Source: an uncultured Gemmatimonadaceae bacterium (GTDB lineage: Bacteria > Gemmatimonadota > Gemmatimonadetes > Gemmatimonadales > Gemmatimonadaceae). From it: a DNA stretch of 64,000 bases. Shown here piece after piece: positions 19,153-28,572 of this stretch (position 1 is the stretch's first letter; each line of letters begins with the position of its first letter). The translations under genes and the position numbers were made by a program. Where the stretch lies: NCBI GenBank assembly GCA_963740355.1, contig CAVUDW010000003.1:2048001-2112000 (forward strand), read 5' to 3'. The notes under the pieces are model-generated. The model saw only the letters and a list, made by a program, of their open reading frames with translations. It made no database searches and was not told where the DNA came from.

Positions 19153-20479
19153 GTGGCACTCCGGCCGTCAATGAAGAGAGAGTCGTGCCGGCAGCGCGTT
19201 CGAGATCGGTGCGGGACGAATTGGCAGCGGCCAGCGCATCGGCGAACTGGCTCTGCGCGCTGAGCAGTGTGCGGCGCGCATCGAGGACCTCGAGGGCCGA
19301 CAGGCCGCCCAGCGCATAACTCACGGTCGAGATGCGATACGCCTCACGCGCCGATGGCAGCAGGCGATCACGCAGGAACACCACCTGTCGCTGCGCCGCC
19401 TCGGCAGTGGCATAGGCGACGCGCACATCCTGCGCGACAGCCGCGCGCGCATCGCGATAGGTCGCCGCCAGTTCCAGCTCGCGATGGTGCGTCTCGGCGA
19501 AGTCACCCTTGGTGTGATTCCAGAACAGCAATGGAATCGGCACCGAGAATCCGACCGAATAGCTGATCCCTTCGCCGGCCGCCGCATCCTTGCCGGCACC
19601 GAGTGTCAGGTCAGGCAGGAAGGCGTTCTCGCGAACCAGCGAGCTGCTCGCCTTTGCACCGCGCTGCTGCGCCTCGATCGCTCGCAACTCAGGTCGTGAC
19701 CTGAGTGCTGCGTCTTCCACTGCGTCGAGCGGCGGCAGGCCTGCGGGTTCGGCAAGTGTGTCGGCGGTGACCAGCGCGCCACCCAGTGTACGGCCGATGA
19801 TCCGGTTGAGCGCGGCGTCGGCATTGGCGATGTCACGACGGCTGGCAATGAGGTCGTTCTCGGCCTGTGCCAGATCCACCTGCGCCTTGATCACATCCAG
19901 TCGCGGCACAGTGCCGGCGTCGAAGCGTGCCTGCGTGCGCTTGAGGAATTCCGTCGCCAGCTCGCGTGACTGATTCAGGTCGCGCTGGTGTCGATGCACC
20001 ACCAGCACCGAGTCATACAGCCTACCTGCTGCGGACGCGAGTTGTTGAATCGTGAGCGCATACGACTCCTGCGAGACTGCGACGTTGGCCGAGCCGATGC
20101 GTCCGGCGAGCCGGATCTTGTCGGGGAACGGAATGCCGCCGCTGAGCAGCAGTGGGCGAGCAGGTGCACCGCCGAGGTGGCGAAGACTCGTCACCGAGTC
20201 ATACGAGCCGGTGAAGACCGGGTCCGGAATCGCCATGCCAGAGACGCGTTGCGCACGCGCCTGTGCCAGTTGCTCGCGGGCAATCTCGATCTGTGGATTG
20301 GCGCGAATCGCCAGTGCGATCGCCTGCTGTCGCGAAATCACGAGCGTATCGACTACGCGTGAATCGCTGACTGGTGCAAGGCCGGAGCGCGGTGGCGCCG
20401 GCGGTGTCTGTGCGGACGACGCGCCGGACGGGAGCCAAAGCCCCAGCGCCAGCGCGAGCATCCCGACGGATGTTCGCAT
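19145..20479 (-). CDS. TolC/CzcC-family outer-membrane efflux protein
   Basis: Signal peptide, AIRANPQI, RFDAGTVPRLDV, ALRSRPEL, SYALGGLSALEVLDARRTL; first gene of the RND trio. Confidence 0.93.
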   Translation of the reverse strand: MRTSVGMLALALGLWLPSGASSAQTPPAPPRSGLAPVSDSRVVDTLVISRQQAIALAIRANPQIEIAREQLAQARAQRVSGMAIPDPVFTGSYDSVTSLRHLGGAPARPLLLSGGIPFPDKIRLAGRIGSANVAVSQESYALTIQQLASAAGRLYDSVLVVHRHQRDLNQSRELATEFLKRTQARFDAGTVPRLDVIKAQVDLAQAENDLIASRRDIANADAALNRIIGRTLGGALVTADTLAEPAGLPPLDAVEDAALRSRPELRAIEAQQRGAKASSSLVRENAFLPDLTLGAGKDAAAGEGISYSVGFSVPIPLLFWNHTKGDFAETHHRELELAATYRDARAAVAQDVRVAYATAEAAQRQVVFLRDRLLPSAREAYRISTVSYALGGLSALEVLDARRTLLSAQSQFADALAAANSSRTDLERAAGTTLSSLTAGVPHD

Positions 20480-20563
20480 GACCTGTCTCTCTGATGTCTG
20501 ATGCCAGCGACGCGTACACGCGTGCGGCGAGGCGACGATCTCCGGTGTGGAGATTGCGCGTGA

Positions 20564-20914
20564 TCAGCTCAGGACAGGCGGCGCTCGACTGCTGTTGGAG
20601 GCGGGTGGCCCGCGGGTCGAGACCATGCCGACGTATTCCACCGCTGGTGATCGCGGTGCAGCGTGGGCGGGAGGATCGACGTCACGCTCGACCACCGTGG
20701 CCTGCAATGCACGCACGCCGCAGACGACGCAGGTGCGTTCGTTGTGGGCGGCCGAATGGCGATTGCCGCGACGTTCGGTGTGGGCAGCAGGTCGGCGACC
20801 GTCATGATCGAGCGCTGGCGCCACTGCGACTCCCACCTGCAACACGAGCACCAGCACCGCCAGACATCGGCGCTGCCATTGGGCTGCTCTGTTGAGGAAG
20901 TCGCGGAGGGTCAT
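20564..20914 (-). CDS. DUF2946-like leader protein (TM + His/CXXC + C-terminal RAPP)
   Basis: Hydrophobic N-terminal helix, HDG..H..H..HNERTCVVC, C-terminal RGPP...RAPPVLS; 84 bp upstream of the tolC start, same strand. Confidence 0.78.
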   Translation of the reverse strand: MTLRDFLNRAAQWQRRCLAVLVLVLQVGVAVAPALDHDGRRPAAHTERRGNRHSAAHNERTCVVCGVRALQATVVERDVDPPAHAAPRSPAVEYVGMVSTRGPPASNSSRAPPVLS

Positions 20915-21019
20915 CTGTGGTGATAGTACGCGCGCTGTACCGGGATCGCTTGTGATCGGTACCCGAAGATCGGGTCGATGATCGGAAACCCCGACGCAGA
21001 CGTGATATTGTAGAGCCTG

Positions 21020-21592
21020 CTACTTCAACATTCGCAGCAGCGAGGTGCCCTGCCGGTCGCGAATGTCTGCAATTCGCCAGCTTCCCCGCTCCCGGCGCAG
21101 CACATACGTCACGGTGTATCGGCGGATCCCGTCGAAGAAACGCACCGGCACCAGCATCCGCGCGCCTGACGGCTGACCCGCGCCGACGGTGAACCGAGTC
21201 GGATAATCCTGGCTGTCGGTGAACGGATCGCCGTCGAGGTCGGGGACTTCGTCGGGATCGACCGGCTTGGCGAAGTAGTGGGCGAAGCTCGCCGCCAGCG
21301 ATGCAGTCAGCCAGCGGCGCTTCTTGTTCACCGACGTGCTGTCGAAACCCGCCTGCGACGCCAGGTGCTCCGTCACCAGTTGGCGCACGACGCCGGATGG
21401 CGTGACGGAGTCCGCAAGCTGCGGCGCAACGACCGGTGCCGGCGCGTCGCGCGATGCATCAGCCACGGACGCGCCGACGTCGACAGCCCACAACAGCATG
21501 CCGAGGAGCAGCCATGCGGCGCGCCGCCGCGACACACCGCGCGAAACCAGGCCGTCGTGAATCCGTCCTGTCGCCTCGTACCTGTCGTTCAT
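21020..21592 (-). CDS. Exported hypothetical protein (DUF3828/YbjP-like)
   Basis: Signal-like SRRRAAWLLLGMLLWAV; WLTASL, LDGDPFTDSQD and GSWRIADI motifs. Start uncertain. Confidence 0.6.
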   Translation of the reverse strand: MNDRYEATGRIHDGLVSRGVSRRRAAWLLLGMLLWAVDVGASVADASRDAPAPVVAPQLADSVTPSGVVRQLVTEHLASQAGFDSTSVNKKRRWLTASLAASFAHYFAKPVDPDEVPDLDGDPFTDSQDYPTRFTVGAGQPSGARMLVPVRFFDGIRRYTVTYVLRRERGSWRIADIRDRQGTSLLRMLK

Positions 21593-21638
21593 GCCCGGCC
21601 TCTGGATTCGATGTCCACCCGAAGTGAGAATACGCACC

Positions 21639-22313
21639 ATGCCAGACGCAGATCCGATGAGCGAGTTTCGCGACCGAGCGGTTGCCGCCATGCGCGCCGC
21701 GATGGGGCTGGGTTCTGCACCGCTGGGCATCTTCCGCAAAAGTATGGAGATGAACTACGAGAAGTGGCATGACGGCGTCGGCTACGACCTCGATGCCCTG
21801 CGGCAGGTGCCAGTTGAAGATCATGCGGCGCTCTATTCCTGCCTCGTGCCGCCACAAGGCTGGCGCGACGTGGAGGCGTTGGCCGCGATGCACACCACGC
21901 ATGCCGATGACGCGTTGCGCACCGCGGCCACCGAGTCACCGATCAATGAAGTGAGGTTGTGGGTCGCGAACGTCGCGCCACATCTCGTCGACGGCTCGAC
22001 ACGCCTCGCACTGCTTCGCCGTGCGATCGAAACCGCCACCTTCGCCGACGGCATGGTGAGTGCGCTCGATCAGATCGAGCCTGCCGATCGCGATGCGTTG
22101 GGTGCGGATCTCCTGCGCGGCCTGCTCACGCGCGACGGGACACTGGCCTATCACTTCGCCGCGACGCTGGCGTTCATGCACGGCATCATCCCGTCGCGCG
22201 ACGACACGTCGCTTCGGCCCCTGTTCCTGCAGTTCAACACACCGGATGTCGAGGCGCGCCGCGGTGCGTATCGTGAACTGTGCGAAAGGATCGGCGTGGA
22301 GTACGATCAGTGA
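21639..22313 (+). CDS. Hypothetical alpha-helical protein
   Basis: Fills the gap between flanking genes; ordinary globular composition (SMEMNYEKWHDGVGYDLDAL, GWRDVEAL). No family recognised. Confidence 0.65.
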   Translation: MPDADPMSEFRDRAVAAMRAAMGLGSAPLGIFRKSMEMNYEKWHDGVGYDLDALRQVPVEDHAALYSCLVPPQGWRDVEALAAMHTTHADDALRTAATESPINEVRLWVANVAPHLVDGSTRLALLRRAIETATFADGMVSALDQIEPADRDALGADLLRGLLTRDGTLAYHFAATLAFMHGIIPSRDDTSLRPLFLQFNTPDVEARRGAYRELCERIGVEYDQ

Positions 22314-22351
22314 TCGTCTCGCTCAGCGTGCGGGCAGCGAACTCGACGCGC

Positions 22352-22864
22352 TCAATCGCCGCGCTGCACCCACCGATACCGGCCCGCGCGAAACGAAATC
22401 GCTCCACCACCGGATTCCGATCGTGTGATCACCACCACATCGGGGCGCCCGCGCTGTGACTCGACTCGCCACTGATCGGCCCAGTCGAAGCTGTCGCCGC
22501 CATTGCCGAAGTCCCTTCCGGCGCCCACCAGAAACTCGGCACCGGCTCGGCGATGGATGAAGAGAATGCCTTCCTTCCCGCCTGCCGTGCGTTTCACGAA
22601 TACGGCTACGTCGCTGCGTCCATCACCGTCAAAGTCGCCGGTATGCAGGCTGGGTGTGAGCCGGTCGCTCATCGCCACTTCACGCGTGCGTACCGCCGCG
22701 GCCCACCGCGCTGTCGCCCACGTCGGCAGTGTGTCACCCGACACACTGACAATTGGTGCCGCAAACACTACCGGCTCGACTTCCAGTACAACGGAAGTCG
22801 AGCCGACGAGTGATAGCGCGAACAACGCCACGGTCACGACAGGTGTCATGACCAGTGCCATCAT
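22352..22864 (-). CDS. Exported hypothetical protein with one FG-GAP-like motif
   Basis: Hydrophobic N-terminus, GDFDGDGRSDVA motif, start overlaps the upstream peptidase stop. Confidence 0.65.
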   Translation of the reverse strand: MMALVMTPVVTVALFALSLVGSTSVVLEVEPVVFAAPIVSVSGDTLPTWATARWAAAVRTREVAMSDRLTPSLHTGDFDGDGRSDVAVFVKRTAGGKEGILFIHRRAGAEFLVGAGRDFGNGGDSFDWADQWRVESQRGRPDVVVITRSESGGGAISFRAGRYRWVQRGD

Positions 22865-25137
22865 GGCACCGGCTTGGCGCCGGTGGCCTGCTCCAGCAAC
22901 TGCGCCGCGCGCGCGATCAAGTCGCTTTCGCGCAGCAGTGCCGCGGCAAGCTTGTTGACCTGCTCATCGGCCAGCTTCCAGTCGCGCTGCTCGATCGCTT
23001 CGCGAACGCCGGGCATCGTCTTCACGCCGTAGCCCGTGTAGTAACCTGGCGCATACAGCGAGTGTTGGTACCACGGCCGCTTCGGCAGGCCTTCCGGAAT
23101 CAACATCACCTGGTCACTCTGGCGCAGCAGTGCGTTCACCTGTGCCAACGCCGCCGCGCTGGCTGCACTCCCCTGCAGGCCACCATACGCCTTCTCGTAA
23201 CGCTCAGCGACACGTGCGAGTGAATCAGTCGCGTTCTGGATCGGCGCGAAGTTGAGATATGGCACCGGCGCCTTGGCCGTCGGTGCCTGCAACGGATTGC
23301 GCGGATCGTTGGTGATCGTGTAGGCGCCTTCCGCCACGCGACGATTCAGTTCCTCGATCTCCTTCGCTGTGGTCTCGCGCAGCTTCGTCACTTCGCCGAG
23401 GTAGCGCGTGGCGGTTGCGGAGAGACTGCCGAATTCTGCCGGCAGCAGGTCCGCGTTGGCGACGCGCATCACCATCATGCCAGCCACCTGCGCCAGTGCC
23501 TTGCCGTAGACGAATGAGGTGTCGCTGAAGCGCGTGTACCAGCTGAAGCTGTCGTAGATCGAGTGGTAGATGCCACCACCATCTTCGCCACCGAAGCCGA
23601 TGTTGAGCGTCGGGACACCGGCGTGCTGCAGGAAGGGGGTGAAGTCCGAGCCAGAGCCAAGGGCCTCGATGCGGAGATCACGCTGCGAACGGGCGTCGGC
23701 GTTGCCATTCAGTACTTCAGCCATGCGCTGGCGCTGCAGCACGGTCACGTTCGATTCCGGATCGGTCACTTCACCAGCAACCTCCGTCACGAAGCGTTCC
23801 ATGGCGTGTGAACCCGCAGCGCCGAGTGTGCCACGACCGTTGCCATCGGTGTTGAGATAGAACACACCCTTCGCGCGCATGTCGGCCATGTGTTCTTCCA
23901 CCCACTCGGTCGATCCGAGCAGCGATGGCTCTTCGCCGTCCCAGGCCATGTAGATGATCGTGCGCTTCGGCTTCCAGCCCTGCTTCACCAACTCGCCCAG
24001 CGCACGGGCTTCCTCGAGTTCGGCCACCAAGCCCGAGATCGGGTCTTCGGCGCCATTCACCCAGCCGTCGTGGTGATTGCCGCGCATCACCCATTCGTCG
24101 GGGAACGTCGAGCCCTTGAGCGTCGCGATCACGTTGTAGAGCGGCGTCTGCTTCCAGTCGAACTCGAGATGCAGGTGGACACGCGCCGAACCAGGTCCGA
24201 GGCGATAGGTGATCGGCAAGCCACCACGCCACGACGGCGGTGCAACCGGGCCGGTGAGCGCGGCCAGCAGCGGCTGCGCATCGGCGTACGAAATCGGCAT
24301 CACCGGGATCTTCATGATCGTGATCGCGTCCTTGCGATCGAGACGCTTGGCACCCGGCGACGCACCGACGCCTGGCGTGAGCGGATCGCCCGGATAGGTC
24401 GGCATGTCGAGCACACTGCCACGCTGCACGCCATCCTTCGGGCGATACGGACCGTTCGGATACGTCTCACCTTCGGCATAGCCGTCATCACGCGGATCGG
24501 AGTAGATCAACGCACCGACCGCACCATGTTCGTAGGCCACCTTCGGCTTGATGCCGCGCCATGATCCGCCGTAACGCGCGATCACGATCGCACCCTTGAC
24601 CGAGATACCGCGGCGTTCGAGTTCGTCGTAGTCGGCGGGCACGCCGTAGTTCACGTAGACGAGCGGCGCCGTGACATCGCCCTCGCCTGAATAGGCGTTG
24701 TACGTCGGCAGCTGTTCAGCGCGCTGGTTGGTGGTCGGATCCTCCTTCAGGATCGGCTCTTCCAGCTTGGCCGTGAATCGCGTTGGCCCGACCATCTCCA
24801 GCACGCGAATGCGCGGCGTCGGGAAGAGCACATCGAAACGTTCGATGCGCGCGTCCCAGCCGTACGACTGGAATTGCGCGCGCAACCATTCGGCGTTGTC
24901 CTTGCCGTACGGCGAGCCGAGGTGATGCGGGCGGGCCGCGAGGCGGCGCATCGCTTCACGCATGCGCGACGGCTCGGGAAGCGCGCGGAACTTGGCTTCC
25001 CATTCACGCTGGGTCTTGGCCGTGGCGGCCGTGAAGCCGCGGATGGGCGGATCGTCGAGGCGTGGCGCAGCGGCCAGCGAAAGCGCGAAGAGCGCGGCCG
25101 GAAGGGCGAGCGAGGAAACACGACCAGGAAGCGGCAT
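22861..25137 (-). CDS. Glutamate carboxypeptidase II-like M28 peptidase (PA and transferrin-receptor-like dimerisation domains)
   Basis: Signal peptide; LVYVNYGVPADY, VQRGSV, PGDPLTPG, GNHHDGWVNGAEDP, WDGEE, YLNTD, LGSGSD, YHSIYD. Confidence 0.95.
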   Translation of the reverse strand: MPLPGRVSSLALPAALFALSLAAAPRLDDPPIRGFTAATAKTQREWEAKFRALPEPSRMREAMRRLAARPHHLGSPYGKDNAEWLRAQFQSYGWDARIERFDVLFPTPRIRVLEMVGPTRFTAKLEEPILKEDPTTNQRAEQLPTYNAYSGEGDVTAPLVYVNYGVPADYDELERRGISVKGAIVIARYGGSWRGIKPKVAYEHGAVGALIYSDPRDDGYAEGETYPNGPYRPKDGVQRGSVLDMPTYPGDPLTPGVGASPGAKRLDRKDAITIMKIPVMPISYADAQPLLAALTGPVAPPSWRGGLPITYRLGPGSARVHLHLEFDWKQTPLYNVIATLKGSTFPDEWVMRGNHHDGWVNGAEDPISGLVAELEEARALGELVKQGWKPKRTIIYMAWDGEEPSLLGSTEWVEEHMADMRAKGVFYLNTDGNGRGTLGAAGSHAMERFVTEVAGEVTDPESNVTVLQRQRMAEVLNGNADARSQRDLRIEALGSGSDFTPFLQHAGVPTLNIGFGGEDGGGIYHSIYDSFSWYTRFSDTSFVYGKALAQVAGMMVMRVANADLLPAEFGSLSATATRYLGEVTKLRETTAKEIEELNRRVAEGAYTITNDPRNPLQAPTAKAPVPYLNFAPIQNATDSLARVAERYEKAYGGLQGSAASAAALAQVNALLRQSDQVMLIPEGLPKRPWYQHSLYAPGYYTGYGVKTMPGVREAIEQRDWKLADEQVNKLAAALLRESDLIARAAQLLEQATGAKPVP

Positions 25138-25267
25138 GTCGGTGCGAGGGCGGCGGGAGTTCGGGAGGGCCTGCGGCAGCGTGTTGGCTGCTCGCTCTCC
25201 AATGGTGGCGCTCCGGCAGCCGATCGACAACGGAGGGTCTCGTGGGGCGCGCTTGGCGATCCGCCAC

Positions 25268-25422
25268 CGATCAAGGGGTCAGAGATCTTGATCGTTCGCC
25301 GATCAAGATCTCTGACCCCTTGATCGGCGGCTAAGTGCATGTCCGCCAACAGCTTGCGGCGAAACAACCCCGATCAAGATCTCTGACCCCTTGATCGATC
25401 AAGATCTCCGACCCCTTGATCG
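25268..25422. repeat. Cluster of four 27-bp REP-like palindromic units
   Basis: CGATCAAGGGGTCAGAGATCTTGATCG at 25268-25294; reverse-complement copies at 25300-25326, 25371-25397 and 25396-25422 (one mismatch). Confidence 0.92.
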
Positions 25423-25514
25423 GTGGCTAAACCCTTGCCCAGCAATGGCTTATCGCAAGAATTCGCTGTACAGCCACGCGCTGGGTCAGACACCGCCCTA
25501 CCCGTGCGCCGCGC

Positions 25515-26723
25515 TCAGAAACTGTACGCCGCGCCCAGCCCAAGCGTCACGTGCGAGCGCTTCGCGTTGAACACATCGCGATTCGATCTGTCGAGTCGCA
25601 CTTCCGGACGGAGCAGCACATTCGGCACGCTCTTGATGTTCAGCGTCGCGGTGGCGCTGGACAGCTGATGCCGCCCGCCGCCGACCAGCCCGTACGCACT
25701 CCCCGTCCGGAACCCGTTGGCATCGTTGAAGTAGTCGCCGCGCAACGCGACGCCCATCGTCCGCGTCGCATCGATCACAAGCCACGCGCCGGCCGCAGTC
25801 CAGGTGGCGGCCTGACTGGCATCAGGCAACGCACCGTTACGCGCCTCGCGCCCGATGTCGCCCTGGAGATACGCGGTCACCTTGCCGAGCTTCTGGCTCG
25901 CCAGCACCTCGAGGCCGCTGCGCTTGGCGCGTGTGTCGTCCGGCTCTTCCGCGCCGGTGAACCCTGCGAACGCAATCGACGTCGATGACGTCGGCGCAAT
26001 GCCGAGCCGCGCCATGTACGACAAGGCACCGTTGACGTCCGTCACCTGGTCCCAGCCGTTCAGGACACGCACCTGCGCATCGATGTAGCGATTGAATCGA
26101 TGCTCCACGCTGAGACCAGTCTGCGTGAAGTTCTCCGCATAGATGAACTGATTCGCGATCGAGAGGTTCGGGTTGAGCGGCGTCTCGATCAGTTCCAGGC
26201 CGAGGAACGTCGCCATCCGACCGAACTTGAATTGCACCCCTTCGCCGTTTGACGTCGGCACATTCAACGTGCCGAACAGTTGGTAGACATCGCCGTTCGG
26301 CCCCAGGCTGAAGCCGCTCGATTGCAGCACCGAGGCGTTCTGCCCGAAGATCACGTCCGCGTGGAAACCCGCATCGAGCCTGGCTGCATCGAACGGCCGA
26401 TCGAGCGAAAGCTTCAGCGCATTGAGCGCGAACTGGTTGTTGGTCCGCTCGTAGAGGCGGCCCGCGATCGCGCGACCATTCGGGTTGCTGGAATGATTGA
26501 ACGCCGATTCGACATACCCGGAGAGCTTGAGGCCGAAGGGCACCGTGGGCGCAGCCGCGTCGGCTGGCACCGGCGCCACCGGCCTGACCACAGCGCCGCG
26601 GCTGCTGTCGCCACGCACCACACTGTCGACCGGACCCTTCATCGCCAGCAGGGTCTGGCACTCGGCAACCTGGCTCGCCACGGCGAGTGACACGAACGGA
26701 ACCAGCAGGTGAAGAGCCTTCAT
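25515..26723 (-). CDS. Outer-membrane beta-barrel porin (bbp2/OmpL-like)
   Basis: Signal peptide MKALHLLVPF; KLSGYVES, GRMATFLGLELIE, NGWD, LRPEVRLD; C-terminal aromatic AAYSF. Confidence 0.85.
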   Translation of the reverse strand: MKALHLLVPFVSLAVASQVAECQTLLAMKGPVDSVVRGDSSRGAVVRPVAPVPADAAAPTVPFGLKLSGYVESAFNHSSNPNGRAIAGRLYERTNNQFALNALKLSLDRPFDAARLDAGFHADVIFGQNASVLQSSGFSLGPNGDVYQLFGTLNVPTSNGEGVQFKFGRMATFLGLELIETPLNPNLSIANQFIYAENFTQTGLSVEHRFNRYIDAQVRVLNGWDQVTDVNGALSYMARLGIAPTSSTSIAFAGFTGAEEPDDTRAKRSGLEVLASQKLGKVTAYLQGDIGREARNGALPDASQAATWTAAGAWLVIDATRTMGVALRGDYFNDANGFRTGSAYGLVGGGRHQLSSATATLNIKSVPNVLLRPEVRLDRSNRDVFNAKRSHVTLGLGAAYSF

Positions 26724-27174
26724 GGTCAACACGCACTCCGGTACAGTGGTCGGAAAGCGCGACGACTCACTCCGGTGCGCTGCTGGCGCGGGCGCGACCT
26801 GACCTGACCTGCATGGTCGCCGCATTACGCCGTACCGGGATCCCGCATCGTCGCGGAGACTTCGCATCCGCCACGATCGCCCCTACGAGCTCGACCATAG
26901 CGTTACCGGGCAGTCTCGGCACGGCCGGGCTCGTTGTTGATATATCTGACGAAACTCGTCCCGCGAACAGGGACGTCATCGTGCGAAGCGCGATGCATCG
27001 ACCCGCGCTCAAAAAATCCGGCCAACGAAAGACCCGTGCACTTTCAGCACAGTTTTACGCACAAAGTGCCGCTTGACTTCTTGGAATGGCTTCAACGCTT
27101 GCCGATTCGTGCAGAAATTGCAGAATTCAGGGCGCACGCAAACGCGGGCACACTCCATCAGCCTGGACGGCGCC

Positions 27175-27567
27175 ATGAAGCTCATCACCACGATCATCCG
27201 ACCGGAACGACTCAGTGATGTGAAAGAGGCCCTCTTCCGCGTCGGCGTCACGGGCATCACCCTCAGCCGCGTCAGCGGACATGGCGGCGAAGCCGAAATC
27301 GTCGAGAACTTCCGCGGCTCCTCCGTCGTGATGGAATTCCACGACAAGGTGAAGATCGAAATGGCCGTCTCCGAACCATTCGTCGAGGTCACCTGCGCCG
27401 CCATCGTCTCGGCCGCCCGCACCGGCGAAGTCGGCGACGGGAAGATCTTCATCCAGGCGCTCGAGCGCGTCATCCGGATCCGAACCGGCGAGGAGAACGT
27501 GGCCGCCCTCACCCCGATCACCGCCGAAGACGTCCAGCTACTCGCCCAGGTCTCCGTCTTCGCCTGA
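27175..27567 (+). CDS. P-II family nitrogen regulatory protein (GlnB/GlnK-like)
   Basis: MKLITTIIRPERLSDVKEAL, KVKIEMAV, ARTGEVGDGKIFI, VIRIRTGE. Confidence 0.95.
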   Translation: MKLITTIIRPERLSDVKEALFRVGVTGITLSRVSGHGGEAEIVENFRGSSVVMEFHDKVKIEMAVSEPFVEVTCAAIVSAARTGEVGDGKIFIQALERVIRIRTGEENVAALTPITAEDVQLLAQVSVFA

Positions 27568-27741
27568 CGAATCGCCGGGGAAGGTCGAGACACACCGGAA
27601 ACGGGGAGCCGCCCCGAGCCGCGGTGACCCCGCCGGGGTACAAAGTCACCGTATCGTGATACAGCACCCGATCGTCGTGACGATACCTATATATTCGTAG
27701 GCCCCTCGTCGCGCGGCACGCCGTCCTTTTCCCCGCTCTGC

Positions 27742-28515
27742 ATGGCCCGATATCGCCCCCTGATCGCCGTCACCACCCAGACGCTGCAGTCGATCGACGG
27801 GATTCCCGCCGGCCTGCCCCAGTCGGTGGTGATGAACCAGCGCTACTACGTGGCGGTCTCCCTGGTCGGAGCCGTGCCCTGCCTGGTTCCGCTGCTCGAT
27901 GACGACGAAGACACGCTCCGTGAGCTCTACGAGCGCGTGGACGGAATCCTCGTCCCCGGCGGCGTCGACATGGACCCGAGCACCTACGGCGAAGCTCCGC
28001 ACCCCCGGCTCGGCAATGTCGATCCGTCACGCGACCGCACGGAATTGCTGATGGCCAAGTGGGCCGTCGAAGACAAGAAGCCCTACCTGGGCCTCTGCCG
28101 TGGCGCACAGGTGCTGAACGTGGCGCAAGGCGGCTCGCTCTGGCAGGATCTGGACGCCGAATACGACGGCGCCATCAAGCACGACTACTTCCCCAACAGC
28201 GGCTTCGAACGCGATCACCTCGCCCACGAGGTAACCATCGCGCCAGGATCGCGCCTTCGTCATGCCATTGAGATCGAAAAGTTCTCGGTCAACTCAATGC
28301 ATCATCAAGGCGTGAAGACGCTCGGTCGCGGACTCGCGGCCACCGCCATCGCCCCCGACGGCCTGATCGAGGCCGTCGAACTCGACGACGACAACGCCTT
28401 CATCGTCGGCGTGCAGTGGCACCCGGAAGTCTTCGAATTGACGGATCCGCATACGCGACACCTCTTCAAGGAGTTCGTGGACGCGTCCGCCGACTGGCGC
28501 CGCGCGAAGGGCTGA
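27742..28515 (+). CDS. Gamma-glutamyl-gamma-aminobutyrate hydrolase family (peptidase C26, PuuD-like)
   Basis: DGILVPGGVDMDP, RDRTE, LGLCRGAQVLNVAQGG, VNSMHHQG, GVQWHPE. Confidence 0.93.
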   Translation: MARYRPLIAVTTQTLQSIDGIPAGLPQSVVMNQRYYVAVSLVGAVPCLVPLLDDDEDTLRELYERVDGILVPGGVDMDPSTYGEAPHPRLGNVDPSRDRTELLMAKWAVEDKKPYLGLCRGAQVLNVAQGGSLWQDLDAEYDGAIKHDYFPNSGFERDHLAHEVTIAPGSRLRHAIEIEKFSVNSMHHQGVKTLGRGLAATAIAPDGLIEAVELDDDNAFIVGVQWHPEVFELTDPHTRHLFKEFVDASADWRRAKG

Positions 28516-28572
28516 GCGCCGGGCGAGGATCGTGACCCTGGCCCGCCCACCTGTCTGGGCCAGGGAACTGCG

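Noticed and set aside
25268..25422. Palindromic repeats as a mini-CRISPR or IS ends
   Set aside because: Mixed orientation, irregular or overlapping spacing, and no cas or transposase gene nearby.
27073..27122. Sigma-54 or sigma-70 promoter and NtrC site upstream of P-II
   Set aside because: TGGC...TTGC has GG-N11-GC rather than N10 spacing; TTGACT has no matching -10; only NtrC half-sites are visible.
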